A DNA stretch of 62,912 bases, counting the filler, from Octopus bimaculoides (Eukaryota), in assembly GCF_001194135.2 (NCBI RefSeq). It is 4 parts of 4 records of this genome, joined end to end, with 100 filler letters (N's around TTAATTAATTAA, not from the genome) between each part and the next. Parts side by side here need not be neighbours in the genome. Positions count along the whole stretch, not along the records: positions 21,019 to 47,886 come from NC_068986.1; 3 more parts are not named here. One strand, written 5' to 3'. Positions within the stretch are counted from its first letter, which is position 1; each line of letters begins with the position of its first letter. Shown piece by piece: positions 25,792-38,096 of the stretch. A model generated the notes under the pieces. That model ran no database searches, had not been told where the DNA came from, and saw only the letters and a program-made list of their open reading frames with translations. Both the position numbers and the translations under genes were made by a program.

Positions 25792-27988
25792 TTTTTTTTC
25801 AATACAATCCAAATAAAGTAAGGAATGGTGTTTTTCTCTTTAACTGTCTTATAATCTGTCAGGGCATAAGGTTTTTGTGTGCCAGCAAATATGATAGGTT
25901 AACCCAAATATTCAAAGAAAATATAACTATCAGGGGATTCTCCTAGGCTGCTGAAACCAAGTGTTTCTATAGATTAAAGCTTGTGAAAAAAGCAGGGACA
26001 TGAAAGTTTGTCCTTGTAGTCCTTGATAGACTGTGCAGAGAAAAAATAGGACAAGATGGATCCAGTTGGAATGCCTTTTATTACAGGTCTGGCCTGGGAT
26101 TAAACAAAGTTCCAGGGAGTCAAAACTTACGTAACAGTGTTTAGTGCAGAATTTGTGGAAAGGAGTTTGGGGCCAAGATGGGGTAAGTTAACCCTCATTG
26201 AGCCTAGCAAGATAATGTCAATGTCATTTATTTTACTATTAAAATCTGAATTCATTGACAAGTATTTTATCATAGATATTTATTTTATATGGTTTTAATG
26301 TGTGCCCTGATGTCAAGGGTATTTCTGTATCCCCATATGCTAGTTAACCCATAACTGGGATCCTAACAGGATCCTTCAACACACCACTGTGTGTTCAAGT
26401 AGATAGAGGAACAATAAGGGCCCAATGATGTTCAGAGGTCTCTTTAGGGTAACATTTGTCATTCTATTTACTGAAAGTCGTATGGCACTGGAAGAGGGGG
26501 ACCTGCAGACCTAACCAGTCACAAGTACACAATAAGTTACAACCCTTGTCAGTCACATATGCCTCAAACCATGGAGCTCTGCAATGGGAGGGTCATATAT
26601 TGAAAGTCAGAAATGACATTGACAACAAGGAAACAATGAGATGGCAACCATCTGTGAAGCTGGAGGAATCACCATACATACGAGAGAAGACCCATTAAGG
26701 AATTTTACTAAATTTACTCATCTCATGATATATATTTGGTATTTTCACTCACAGAACTGAGAATGTGCAATAAACTGACAGTAAAATGCTGTCACAGTAT
26801 TTTCTATATGTGGAATGGTAAACGAATCAGCAAGACGCTAAAAATAGATTTCTTTTTCAAGAATTAAAATAGAAAAAGTTTTTCGTTTTTTTCTTCTTCT
26901 ACGAGTGCCACAAGCTAAGAGTGGAAATGCCGCTAAATGAATGATTGAATAACAAGAGCATAGTAGTTTCCTCCACTAAACTTTCATGGAACCTCTGGAT
27001 AGAGTAGAAACCTCACATATTAAATTTCATTCATATTTAGCTGGAGTAGAACATGATACATGTTAAAAGGTTTAAACAGCGAGTCTATTCTTCACCACTA
27101 TCAAAAGAAGTTGTACAAATCTGCTGAAAGGATTGCATAAAACGGAATTAATCAACTGCTTACCTTATGCATTTTGAGCGGTGGAGATTGTAAAGTAGGG
27201 CAACAAGTAGGAAAGCCCAGTTTTACAAGCTTGTTAGTAATAAATATTTTTTAAAATAAAATTACTAATCAATAAAGTCTAATTAGAGAGTAGATTAGCT
27301 TGTGGGTGTTATTTAAATTCCTGCAACCAAAATAACCCATATTGTTATTACAGTAATATAAAATACGTTATTAGTAAGTTAACGATTCATAACTATGGCA
27401 CTGAATACAAGCAGTGTTGTAATTAAAAATAAACACAAGCTTTAAGCATTAAATAGTACAAATATAACGAACAGATTTCTCAAATCCCACCTCACATGGA
27501 AGCAAGGGCTCTTCATAGATAACTGACCTTATTACAAACAGCAACGAGATATTCCTCAAATCACAACCTTACTTTCTTACAAAAAAAAAAACAAAAAAGA
27601 CCCCCCCCCCCCAGAAGGACACATCAGATAATGTAGTCCGAGATAACAGTAAGTCCTGAGAAAAAAACAAGATGGCCACAGCTGGAATAACTTTGGTCAT
27701 AAGTCTACTCAATCAGGACTGACAACTGTGTGCGTGTGTGTGAGTGAGTGTGAGCGCGTGTGCGTGCGTGTGTGTGTGTGTGTTTGAAGGGCCCTCAGGT
27801 ATGAACAGGTGTTGTAAGGTACTTTGAATAGGAAACTTTGTAAAAATTATTTCTAGACTGAAATTAAAATTTTCTTGGTCACCATAGTAACATTAAAAGT
27901 TATTTCTAATGAAATTAAAATGCAAACGACCAACTTCCACGTGAACAATATTCATATTAAAGTCAATTATGGCCATGGAATAATTAAG

Positions 27989-28034
<46 letters not shown>

Positions 28035-31000
28035 GTGGCAGTAGGGAAATGCCTTTGTTCATTGTTTAGATTTGTTTGGTCAGCTTAGGAATTTTTTTAT
28101 TTTAATCGTTATAGGAGGGGTGGTAGCAGTAATAAAATGAATATCACTGAAATAGTGATGGTAAAAGGGCTTTATTGATGACTTTTCTAAAAAAAATGAC
28201 ATCACAGTTTGATTACATCAGAAATCAATAATATAACCAAGTTTTGATATTAATTTTTTGTCCTCTTTAAAATCGATTATCTCCAACACCATTGTCAACC
28301 AGACACACTACACTAGCAACTAATATTTTATTTACCATTTCTGAAGTTCCAGAATATTTGCACACCAGTCCTGGTTCCAAAATTTTTTTTGAATTGCATT
28401 TCAAGTACAATTTAGGATCATAAAAGGGAGAGTTTGCAACTTGGGAGGAACAAATATCACAATATGTTTGAAAGCAGGAGTTTATCAATTGTCATGAAAA
28501 TTCCCCTGCCACACACAAGGCAGGCTCCCATGCTTTTTCCTGGGGTCATCCAGAACGAAAAAACTTCCCATGACTGTGTAATGGAATCAAAACCACACAC
28601 TTGGTATATCTAACGATAACCAAAACTCTGCAACTTTCATCAGAAAACTTATTTTATCCTAACCACATAATGTTGACAAGTTACCAAAACCAAGTCCCAA
28701 ACTGTTTGTTTAATGTTAATAAGCTGCTGCTTATTAAAAAGGCCCTGCTTGAAGGTGATAACAATAAGCAACATAAACTATGAAAAAAAAGGTATGTATG
28801 AACACTGGATTAAAGGGCCATCAGGACCCTATAGTAATGAAATACACTGAAGACTAAATATATTAAAAAGCAAATGTGTGGAATTTATCTCAACTTATTT
28901 CTCTCATAAAATCTTGTGTTGACAAAATTGAAATTAAAAAAAAAAAAAAAGGTAAGAATTCTATCAATTATAAAAACAATTAGAATCACAAATTAATTTC
29001 TACCCTGACATGTTAGGTACTGGTCCATTCGAAGTCAGTTTGATGTGTTCCAAGTAGTTGCACCGAACTAGGAAGAGAGTTTACCATTTTAATCAATGCC
29101 TTTAAGATGCAAATGGAAGCACAGGAGGAATCTGACATGGTATGTGATGCCAATGTGTGTGTATTTTGGTTTGTGGTGTGAACAAACTATATTAGCAGGT
29201 GCTTGTAAGAGTTGTAGAGAACACAAGAGAGTGAAGAGAGAGAGGGGGGTGGCAGACAGCCGGATATGTATTTACACACATATATATACCAACCCATGCC
29301 AGCATGGAAAACGGACGTTACATGATGAAAGAGAGGTTTGGATGGAAAAATGGTGTAGCAAGCAGTAACATATAGTGAGAGAAAATCTAATTAGGTCTAA
29401 TTACATAGAAAAGTTTTATTTCGTAACGATCAAATTTGTTAGGAGGGAGAAGAAAAATTAGCAGCTTACTCAAGCATCTCTTAACTTCCTGTTACGTAAT
29501 TTACAGCAGGAGGCCATTAGAAAGATAACGAAGAGATTTTTACATTGCAAGAAAATGGAAAAAACACCTGGTAAAATGCTGATCATGGAAATCATAACTA
29601 TCCATTTCAAGACCCTTTGAGTGGGGTGCGATTATATTACTACCAAAAATAGAAAGCTTAGATAAAGGATCTCGATTTTGGGAATGTTTTCGAAGGTTCT
29701 TTATGTAAAATCTAAGGTTTTTAAATACAAATATGAACATTTTAAAAATAAGATTTTTATACCATAAAACCATAAGTGGTGTGAGGGGACATGTCAAAAA
29801 GTTACAAAGAACTGATCAAATAAAAAACTGTCCCTTAAAATGTCAGTTTCACGCATGCACACATGCACTTAACTGCATATATATATATACATACACACAC
29901 ACACACTTATTTGCTGGGAGACAGAGTAAACATGGAAGAACAAAATGTTCTGTGTTAGATTAGCCTGGATTATGAGACACACACTGACAATTTCCAAATC
30001 ACTAGTTTCTTTAGAGTCGAGTCAATGAGAGATCCTCTAACATTAGCACTAGACACACTAGAAACAGTAGCCAAATTTCCTTCAAATCATCATTTACCAT
30101 TTTATAGGAAAGCATTAGATAATGTAGTCTAACTTCAGCCCTCACCACATTGCCGTTTTCAACGTAGAAAACAGCGGAATGGTTGATGGTTAAAATGACC
30201 AAAAGGTCAATTCAAGAAACATCTAAGAAGTGCTATTAACTTACAAACATACACGACTCCTAAAATGAACCAGAAGTCTTTGGGGAGGGGAGCAAATTGG
30301 AGCTTTGGAATGTGGTTTACAGCCAACAACCATATATTCCAATCTATGAGGAGAGGATAAGCAATCAAATCGCTTTCAAGTTATTCTGGTAATATTCCGA
30401 TAGAGAGGCTTTCCTTTTTTTCATGCATAGGATGAAAACTGATGAGGAATATCTGTGTTTGTGTGTGTGTTGGTAGCTGACCATTTTGGTTTGGCTAATC
30501 ATGGTCAAAATTCAAAACGGTTATTTTTGTCCTGATTGACACATTTTGTGTGGTGACAAGAATCCCACTTCCAAGATGGACAAAGCAAGTAAAGAAAGTT
30601 TCTAGCACAGACTCCTTGCATCTGATAGAAATAAGATTTCCCCCAGACAACACATTTCTATCTTAAAGGACCAAATGTGACTCCTGTGATCATGTCTAAA
30701 ATCAAGTCTGTGGATGTTCTTAAAAGACTTCTTGAGGATTTCAAACCCATTCCAAAGCCAGAATTTATTTGGGATTTTCATATCCAAAAGTTTGCTTTTT
30801 CAAGTTGTTATTGTTTGGGAAATATGGAGTAAAAAGTGAAACTAAGAGAAAATATCACTGAAAAACATCCAGGTGACCTGTTGTTACATTGGAAGGTGTA
30901 CGTGGTGGTGGTGGGGGAGGTGGTGTTGTACATGTGTATAAATATCTTTACACGTGTGAGAATGAGTCACTATCATGTTTTAGATTTTCTATTTTTATCC

Positions 31001-32313
31001 TCCTCCCACTACTACCACCACCAAATGTATTTTTAACAGAAGGCTGGAATTTATTTTTCAGCCAATTCCCATCGAAAAGTCCTACTTTCAAAATCGTTCC
31101 AGTTATGACCATCAAATAATTTTTTCCAGAGTTGCTTCCTATTTCTAGCAAGTCGAGTGGCTTCACTGCAGCTTCCTCCTTGATTTGTCTTAATTAGATG
31201 AATGTAAGAGCAGGGGTTAAAATTTCAAACATAGGAGATAAGTAAATCCCCTTTTTTTTGGTCTTCCTAATTCCCAAAGTTAAAAGTATCCTAGATTCAA
31301 AGTATCAGCTAATTATTGACTTTATAACTGAACAGGTAAGATGGCCCTTATATTCCAGTTAGGGTCCAGAAATGACTATTATACAATAGACACACACACA
31401 CCAAGCAACCACAAGACAAAAGTATTTCATTAGGAATCATTAATTTGAAAGTCTGAATCAAAATTTTCAAAGTCTGAATCATTCAGGTGTTTGTGAATGC
31501 GCTGAAGCGTTGTGGTGTGACGTAATGTTCAATAATATCTGATCTGTGATCTGTATTATTTCCTGATACCAATTTGAAATAAACAATGATTTGTTAAAGG
31601 TGTGCTGGTTGTGATTGGAAAGTTAGATATTTGGGTAAAGATTTCTGTGCACATGTACAAAAATCAAGGCATACCAGCCATTAACTCCCCCCCCCCACCA
31701 TTTCAATAGAACTGGCACAGAATTATTCCTGCTGCTTCACCAATATCAAAGACTTGTATTCACAAAACTGATTGGACGATATGACAGGTTCACCTGTTTC
31801 CTCATTACCCCCACCACACACCCTTTACAAAGCCTTCCCTTCTCCATTTCTAATCAGAACTTCAACCTTCTTACAATTCATCATGNNNNNNNNNNNNNNN
31901 NNNNNNNNNNNNNNNNNNNNNNNNNNNNNNNNNNNNNNNNNNNNNNNNNNNNNNNNNNNNNNNNNNNNNNNNNNNNNNNNNNNNNNNNNNNNNNNNNNNN
32001 NNNNNNNNNNNNNNNNNNNNNNNNNNNNNNCCCCAAGGATCTCACAAATCCAGATAATGTATGTCTCGACTTTCAACTTAACAAAATAATAGGGGATGTT
32101 TCCCTACCAACAAAACAAGTTCAACTGGAAACGGAAATCCAATCTACATAAAAGCATATCCCACTATTCAAAAAATAAGGTTTGGCAAAAAACAGCCAAA
32201 CAAAACCACTAAAAAGACAGGATGATCAGGTTAAGAAGCTTTTGATCATTGGAACATTCCATCAGGAAGACTAGATACTTCAAAGAAGTTTCTTTACTGA
32301 CGAAGCCACTTTA

Positions 32314-32362
<49 letters not shown>

Positions 32363-33464
32363 GTAATCCAAACTGTTAAACCCAAACAATGTGTAGTTAA
32401 CCTGTTGAAGAAACTCATTGAAAACATCTTTTCTTTTTTCCCCCTCCTTTGCTTTCCTCATTGTATCACAAAAGCATATGTTGCTCGTCAATAATGAAAT
32501 ACTTCTCATACTTGCTCTAATAATGTTGTGTGTGTGAGAAGATTATGTTTACAGTTAATTGCGATGGAATGTGTGTAGTGAAGTGCAGAATTTATTATCG
32601 AGGATGGAGGTGAGAAAGGCCGGATTAAAATTAAATCCTTAAGACTAGTAGACCAGGTCCATGGAGGCCATAAATCAGGTTATAAGGCCTCTGATTGAAG
32701 AAAAGGAATCTTTAGTCACTTGGGCCACTGGAAATAGTAGCCAAACTATACTCTATTTTCTTTTTTTTTTTTTAAACAAAAGGGAAAGAAAATGGATACT
32801 GTCGTCTTACCCTACAAGATGATTACGATCAAAGTTGAAAGGTTTTTGATTACAGGGTTACTTGAATGATTTGGGGTTAATAACGGGGAAGTCAAAATAA
32901 GGTTTATAAAAATACTCAACTCCTCTGACAAGCACTAAGTATCCATCAAAGTCCACATCATCCTTACATAGTTTAATTTTCCCTGGGGAACACATTCAAC
33001 TGCATCTAGTTGCTAAGCTCCAACTTGGGAGTTTGTGAATTTGGGGGACTATAGAGCTGTCCCTTGATCATTACACCTAGGTGCACATTGGCCTAGAGTG
33101 AAATTAGGGGTCAAATAAAAGATGATTTTGTGGCAAAGACCTACAGAACTGGGAGGAAGGTTGGCCCCCTAGACATGTCACATAGACCTACCAATGTGTG
33201 AACAGGCCATCAATGCCATGCATGATCCAGTCCTGTGGTCTAAGGGCCTAATGGGTTCTACACCTCAAGGGGAAGCTTGAAAATACAGCAGACCAGCACA
33301 GTAAAATGCAACAGGAACAACACTGTGTAGCTTTCACAAGAAACCTCCAGATTTTGGCCTGGAGGTCTACAATCAGTGACACCTATAAAACAAATGTGAT
33401 AGGCTAAGAGAAAGGGCAGGTGGTGGTGTTGTCCTGATAACCTGTTTTGGCCATCAAAGACAGG

Positions 33465-33570
33465 TGCATTGTTCTTGAGCAAAACACTTCATTTCACATT
33501 GCCCTAGTCCACTCAGCTGGCAAAAAGGAGTAACCCTGTGACAGACAGGCATTCCATCCAGGGAGGAAGA
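33465..33570 (+). mobile_element. SINE body fragment (same family as 11620-11762)
   Basis: TTGTTCTTGAGCAAAACACTTCATTTCACATTGC is shared with the 11.7 kb copy. Confidence 0.45.
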
Positions 33571-33931
33571 TATATACCAGAGAATCAAGAAAACCGGTGC
33601 TATGTTTCTTATGGAGTGATGTGGACGAATGTATACCAACTAAAACATCAACCCTAAATCAACATAGACAAGAAAAAATGCAATAAGGGTGGAGCAAATT
33701 TAAGACAATGTAGTGGGGAGGAAGGATTGGACAGAATGCAAAAGCTGAGAATGGGGAAGGAGACAATACAGGTGACAAGGATTACAGATGTTTGTCAAGT
33801 GGCTTTGGATGCAGGTGACACACAAGAATGCAAACAGTTACAAGGGACCAAGAAATGAAATTCCTCAACTAGAATATCCAAATAATGTGTGTGTGTGTGT
33901 GTGCATAAGGAACCAAAAATCAAGTACTCAC

Positions 33932-34796
33932 CCTACGCCAATATTTGATATTGGTGTCAACATCTTTTTATTATAAGGTTTGTGATGTGGTTCACCTGTA
34001 ACATTCTGTCTTAGAATGTTAGTAGATTTTTCATGGTAAAATTGTTCCGAATGAAATCTATTAGAACATTCCAGTTCTTTGGTAAATTTATCAGATGAAC
34101 TCGCTGAAGGATTTGTCATGAATATATCTGTTTCCATGCATTTACTATTGATGCGATTTTGTTCAGTTTCCTTCTGCATGTTTTCTCGAAAATGGTGACG
34201 CTGGTGCCGTAATAGCATTATAATAACAACAGTGATAATCACAATAAGAGGTAAACCAGCTCCAAGACAAATGCTCAAACCAAGTTCTAATACAGACAAA
34301 GATCCCTCCGGTTTATCCACACTTTCAGTTTGATCTTCAAAAGCACTGTAATTAGTCGTGCCTTCATGGTGATCACAGTGAACACCAGAAAAACCTGTTA
34401 GACAAGTACACAAGTAACTTGATCCATGATCAATGCAGGTGCTACCATTCTTACATGGATTGCTGGCACACTTAGCAATATTCTTAGTAATATTCAAGGT
34501 ACAATCCTTCCCTGTATATTCCAACGGACAAATACAGCGAAAATCGTTAATCAAATCAATGCATGTACCTCCATTCTTGCAAGGCTGAATAACGCAATCA
34601 TTGAGTTGACTTTCACAAAAGTAGCCAGCATATCCTGGTTTACAGTGGCATTCAAAATCATTGATCTTGTCCTCACAGGTGCCTCCATTCAGGCAGGGCT
34701 TCTTCAAACAATCGTCTTCGTTCACTTCACAAATTTTACCACTGTAGCCTGGTTCACAGACACAATGAAACCCATTCACATCATCAACACAACGAC
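33932..34796 (-). CDS. Delta: Delta exon, EGF6-EGF9, transmembrane helix and proximal cytoplasmic tail
   Basis: Four EGF units, then hydrophobic LSICLGAGLPLIVIITVVIIMLL, a basic RHQRHH stop-transfer segment and ETEQNRIN. Acceptor ttttcag at 34797. Donor AGG|GTGAGT at 33931 (phase 2). No VWC domain, so Delta rather than Serrate/Jagged. Confidence 0.96.
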
Positions 34797-35358
34797 CTGA
34801 AAAATGAAGGAGAAAAATATTCATAAACCAATTTAATTAAACATTTAAAAGAAAACGTTTTTTAAAAATAGTTGAATCATACACCCAACTTCATACATTA
34901 ACATAATCACTCACAGCTCTACACACAAATTCGTAACATGAAACACTAATTACTTGATTTAGAACAATGGTTTTCTATTTGTGGATATTTCTAGAAAACT
35001 TTTATATAAATAATTCAGTTTTGTTCTTATGCCACCACACCAAATCCACATCATTGTCACTGGGTCAGATGAGACTGTTGAAGAATTTTCTATGGCCTGT
35101 TGTATTCGTTTGCCTATTTCCAAACAGGATCATTCCTCCAGTCTATTTAAACAATGAACATACAGACATGCTTTCACAGGGGACTACAAACATTTGACCT
35201 TTGCTAGTAAGTATAGAGACACTAGCTGACAATCAGTGAAGAAACTTGGACATGCTTTTGCTGTGAAATACAAACAAATGACACCATTAGTACAAACAAT
35301 GAAGATTTGCTTGCAGCCAGGAAAGAAATCAAAGAATCAGACCAGAAAATTTCTTTAC

Positions 35359-35575
35359 CTTTATTTTGACATGGATTTGAAGAACATTCAATTATTTCAA
35401 CTTCACAGTTGTGTCCAGAATACCCAGGTACGCATTCACATAGATACCCATCGTCATTGTTCACACACCTGCCACCATTCCGACAGGGATGACCAGCACA
35501 ATTCCTGGCCTTTATCTCACAATACTTCCCGCCAAAACCATTTGGACAACGGCATCGGGACTCTACACCAATTCG
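35359..35575 (-). CDS. Delta: Delta exon, EGF4 end, EGF5 and start of EGF6
   Basis: 217 nt, RIGVESRCRCPNGFGGKYCEIKARNCAGHPCRNGGRCVNNDDGYLCECVPGYSGHNCEVEIIECSSNPCQNK(G). Acceptor ttttccag, donor GTAAAG, phase 0/1. Confidence 0.96.
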
Positions 35576-36020
35576 CTGGAAAAGCAAAAATGTCATTGTT
35601 ATGCAAATCACAATTTTTCTAATTTCACTGGTATTTCATAAAAAAAAAGCACACACATCCTCTACATTAAATGTTTGTCTTGTTTATTCTTTAGTCACCA
35701 TCAGGTGTCATATACATACATAGTCCCAAGTTAGATCAGTAACAAAACTACCTAAACAGTGTAATAACATGCTTATCCACATACATGTAAAATGGTGGCC
35801 TAGTGGATGAGACTTAGTATATTTGCTTTACAAATAAAGGTTCCTAGCTCAAACTCAGTCTGGGTAGTATGTACACTTGTAGGAAAAAGATGAGGATTTG
35901 AGAACAAACTCATCAAAACAGGGTAGATAAATATCTTACAGTCACTTTCTATAGTTTAAAAAATATTTTATTTCATCCTTTTTTTTACAGATACTGATTT
36001 GAGTAAAGAAACTTACTAAC

Positions 36021-36190
36021 CTCACAGACTCCAAAATTTAAACAGGATTGGTCGTCACAATTGTCAACTCTAATTTCACAGTTGGTACCATTGAAGCCCT
36101 CCGGACAATTACATGTATAGCTCCCTTGGCCTGTGTTAGTGCAGGTCCCTTGGTTCTTGCAAGGGCTGTGATGGGTGCAATAGTTGAGAT
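36021..36190 (-). CDS. Delta: Delta exon, EGF3 and start of EGF4
   Basis: 170 nt, (D)[56 protein letters not shown]. Acceptor gttcag, donor GTTAGT, phase 1/0. Confidence 0.95.
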
Positions 36191-36248
36191 CTGAACATAG
36201 AAAGCAAAAACCAAAAATACAATTCAGAAATCTAAAACTTGTTCAATC

Positions 36249-36432
36249 TACATTATTTACATTTGATGGATATTTGTCTTCATATTGTTTGTTGTTAACA
36301 CAACATTTCGGCTGATATACCCTCCAGCCCTCATCAGGTGTCTTGGGGAAATTTCGAACCTGGGTTCTCATTCCTAAGGTATTTTTCGATATTATTATTA
36401 CTTATTATTCAGGTCACTGCCTGGAATCGAAC
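36249..36432 (-). mobile_element. Hammerhead-SINE copy truncated at the B-box, left arm of inverted pair 1
   Basis: Reverse complement of the 24359 element, from GTTCGATTCC to GTAAATAATGTA. Confidence 0.88.
36297..36342 (-). ncRNA. Minimal hammerhead motif with intact core, sense to Delta pre-mRNA
   Basis: Minus strand GACAC-CUGAUGA-G-GGCUG-GAGGGUAUAU-CAGCC-GAAA-UG-UU-GUGUU. Confidence 0.72.
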
Positions 36433-36434
36433 AC

Positions 36435-36698
36435 GGGCATGTGGCATAGTGATTAAGAGCGCAGGCTACTAACCCCAAGATTCTGAGTTTGATTCCAGGC
36501 AATGACCTGAATAGTAATAACAATAACATTGAAAAATACCTTAGGAATGAGAACCCAGTTCGAAATTTCCCCAAGACACCTAATGAGGTCTGGAGGGTAT
36601 ATCAGCCAAAATGTTGTGTTAACAACAAACAAGATGAGGACAAATATCTGTCAAATGTAAATAATGTACATAATTCCTCATTTCTTAAATATAGAACT
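36435..36698 (+). mobile_element. Hammerhead-SINE full-length copy with mutated core, right arm of inverted pair 1
   Basis: A-box TGGCATAGTGA and B-box GAGTTTGATTCC. Core reads CTAATGA and AAAA. Confidence 0.88.
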
Positions 36699-36979
36699 GC
36701 ATTGTTCAATCTAGTAATTTTTTTTTTTAACCAAACTACAATAAATTGAAGCGCTTTCACCCAAACCTGGGTTACCTTTTAAAATTATTTTATATCTTGT
36801 TTTACATAGATACCAAAATATCCATCAGAAATAAAATTTTCCAATATCAGAATGGAGAATAGAACATTAAGTTGGCTAAATTTCTTGTTCTGGAAAATAT
36901 GGAAATAGATTCAAATTCTATGAAACTATAAACATCTGTTAATGTTTTCTCAGAGCCTAGAACTGAACAAGTCTTCTCA

Positions 36980-37320
36980 GGTGTGGCTGTGTGATCAGTA
37001 GCTTGCTTCCCAACCGCATGGTTCCGGGTTCAGTCCCATTGTGTGACACCTACAGCAAGTGTCTTCTACTATAGCTTCAGGCCGACCAAAGCCATGTAGA
37101 TGGAAACTGAAAGAAACTTGTCGTATATATATATGTGTGTGTGTGTGAGTGTGAGTATGTTTGTCTTGACAACCGATGTTGGTGTGTTTACAACCCCGTA
37201 ACTTAGCGGTTCAGCAAAAGAGACCGATAGAATAAGCTCTGGGCTTACAAAGAATAAGTCCTAGGGTCGATTTGTTTGACTAAAGGGGGTGCTCCAGCAT
37301 GGCTGCAGTCAAATGACAAA
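36980..37320 (+). mobile_element. tRNA-head SINE, second family
   Basis: Head GGCTGTGTG...GGGTTCAGTCCC (B-box like), an internal TG repeat and tail GGGTCGATTTGTTTGACTAAAGG...CAGTCAAATGAC. Confidence 0.85.
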
Positions 37321-37555
37321 TAAACGCATATAAGAATACTGTTGTTCAACCAGCTAGAAATAGCAGCCAAATTTTAAATCATTCCCATAAAAAGGATAAG
37401 AGTGAAATTTCATCTTAAGTACACAGACTGAATAAAAGACCGGATCATTACAAGTGCCATTCCTCAAAGCCTACTTCATTTGCTTTGGTTTGAAGCTAAA
37501 CAAAGAAAATCTTTAGTTTCTAAAGTTAGAATCGAAAAGACAAACCACAACTTAC

Positions 37556-37686
37556 CTTCATTGCAGAGTAGCCCACCCCAACCTTCTATGCAATTACAGT
37601 CCCAAGGCTTTTGACAAGTGCCTTTGTGGCAAGTCGGGTGCACAGCACACTCGTTGCAGTACTTCCCATTCCAACCTGCTCGACAC
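37556..37686 (-). CDS. Delta: Delta exon, EGF1 end and EGF2
   Basis: 131 nt, [43 protein letters not shown](D). Acceptor ttgcag, donor GTAAG, phase 2/1. Confidence 0.96.
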
Positions 37687-37766
37687 CTGCAATTGAAACA
37701 GAGTTGATCAGAATTTAAAAAAACAGAAAACCCTCAAGTAGACAAACAGGTCTTTCACAAACAGAA

Positions 37767-37935
37767 TTCTATATTTAAGAGATGAGGAATTATGTACATT
37801 ATTTACATTTGATGGATATTTGTCCTCATCTTGTTTGTTGTTAATGCGTTTTGGCTGATATACCCTCCAGCCTTTGTCAGGTGTCTTAGGGAAATTTTGA
37901 ACCTGGGTTCTCATTTCTAAGATATTTTTTGATGT
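37767..37935 (-). mobile_element. Hammerhead-SINE body with mutated core, left arm of inverted pair 2
   Basis: Homologous to the 24359 element. Core reads CTGACAA/AAAA and the tRNA head is missing. Confidence 0.85.
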
Positions 37936-37954
37936 TCTTCAGAGCTTTCTAGAT

Positions 37955-38096
37955 ATTGAAAACTACTTTAGGAATGCGAACCCAGGTTCGAAATTTCCCC
38001 AAGACACCTAATGAAGGCTGCAGGGTATATCAGCCGAAATGTTGTGTTAACAACGAACAAGATGAGGGCAAATATCCATCAAATGTAAATAATGTA
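37955..38096 (+). mobile_element. Hammerhead-SINE body with mutated core, right arm of inverted pair 2
   Basis: Homologous to the 24359 element. Core reads CTAATGA...GAAA and the tRNA head is missing. Confidence 0.85.

Noticed and set aside
26570-26700. LQWEGHILK...WQP, a possible LINE 3' remnant
   Set aside because: Too short and degraded to classify with confidence.
34426-34800. 124-aa plus-strand ORF, and the 128-aa ORF at 35236-35622
   Set aside because: Antisense shadows of Delta EGF exons with no independent protein features.
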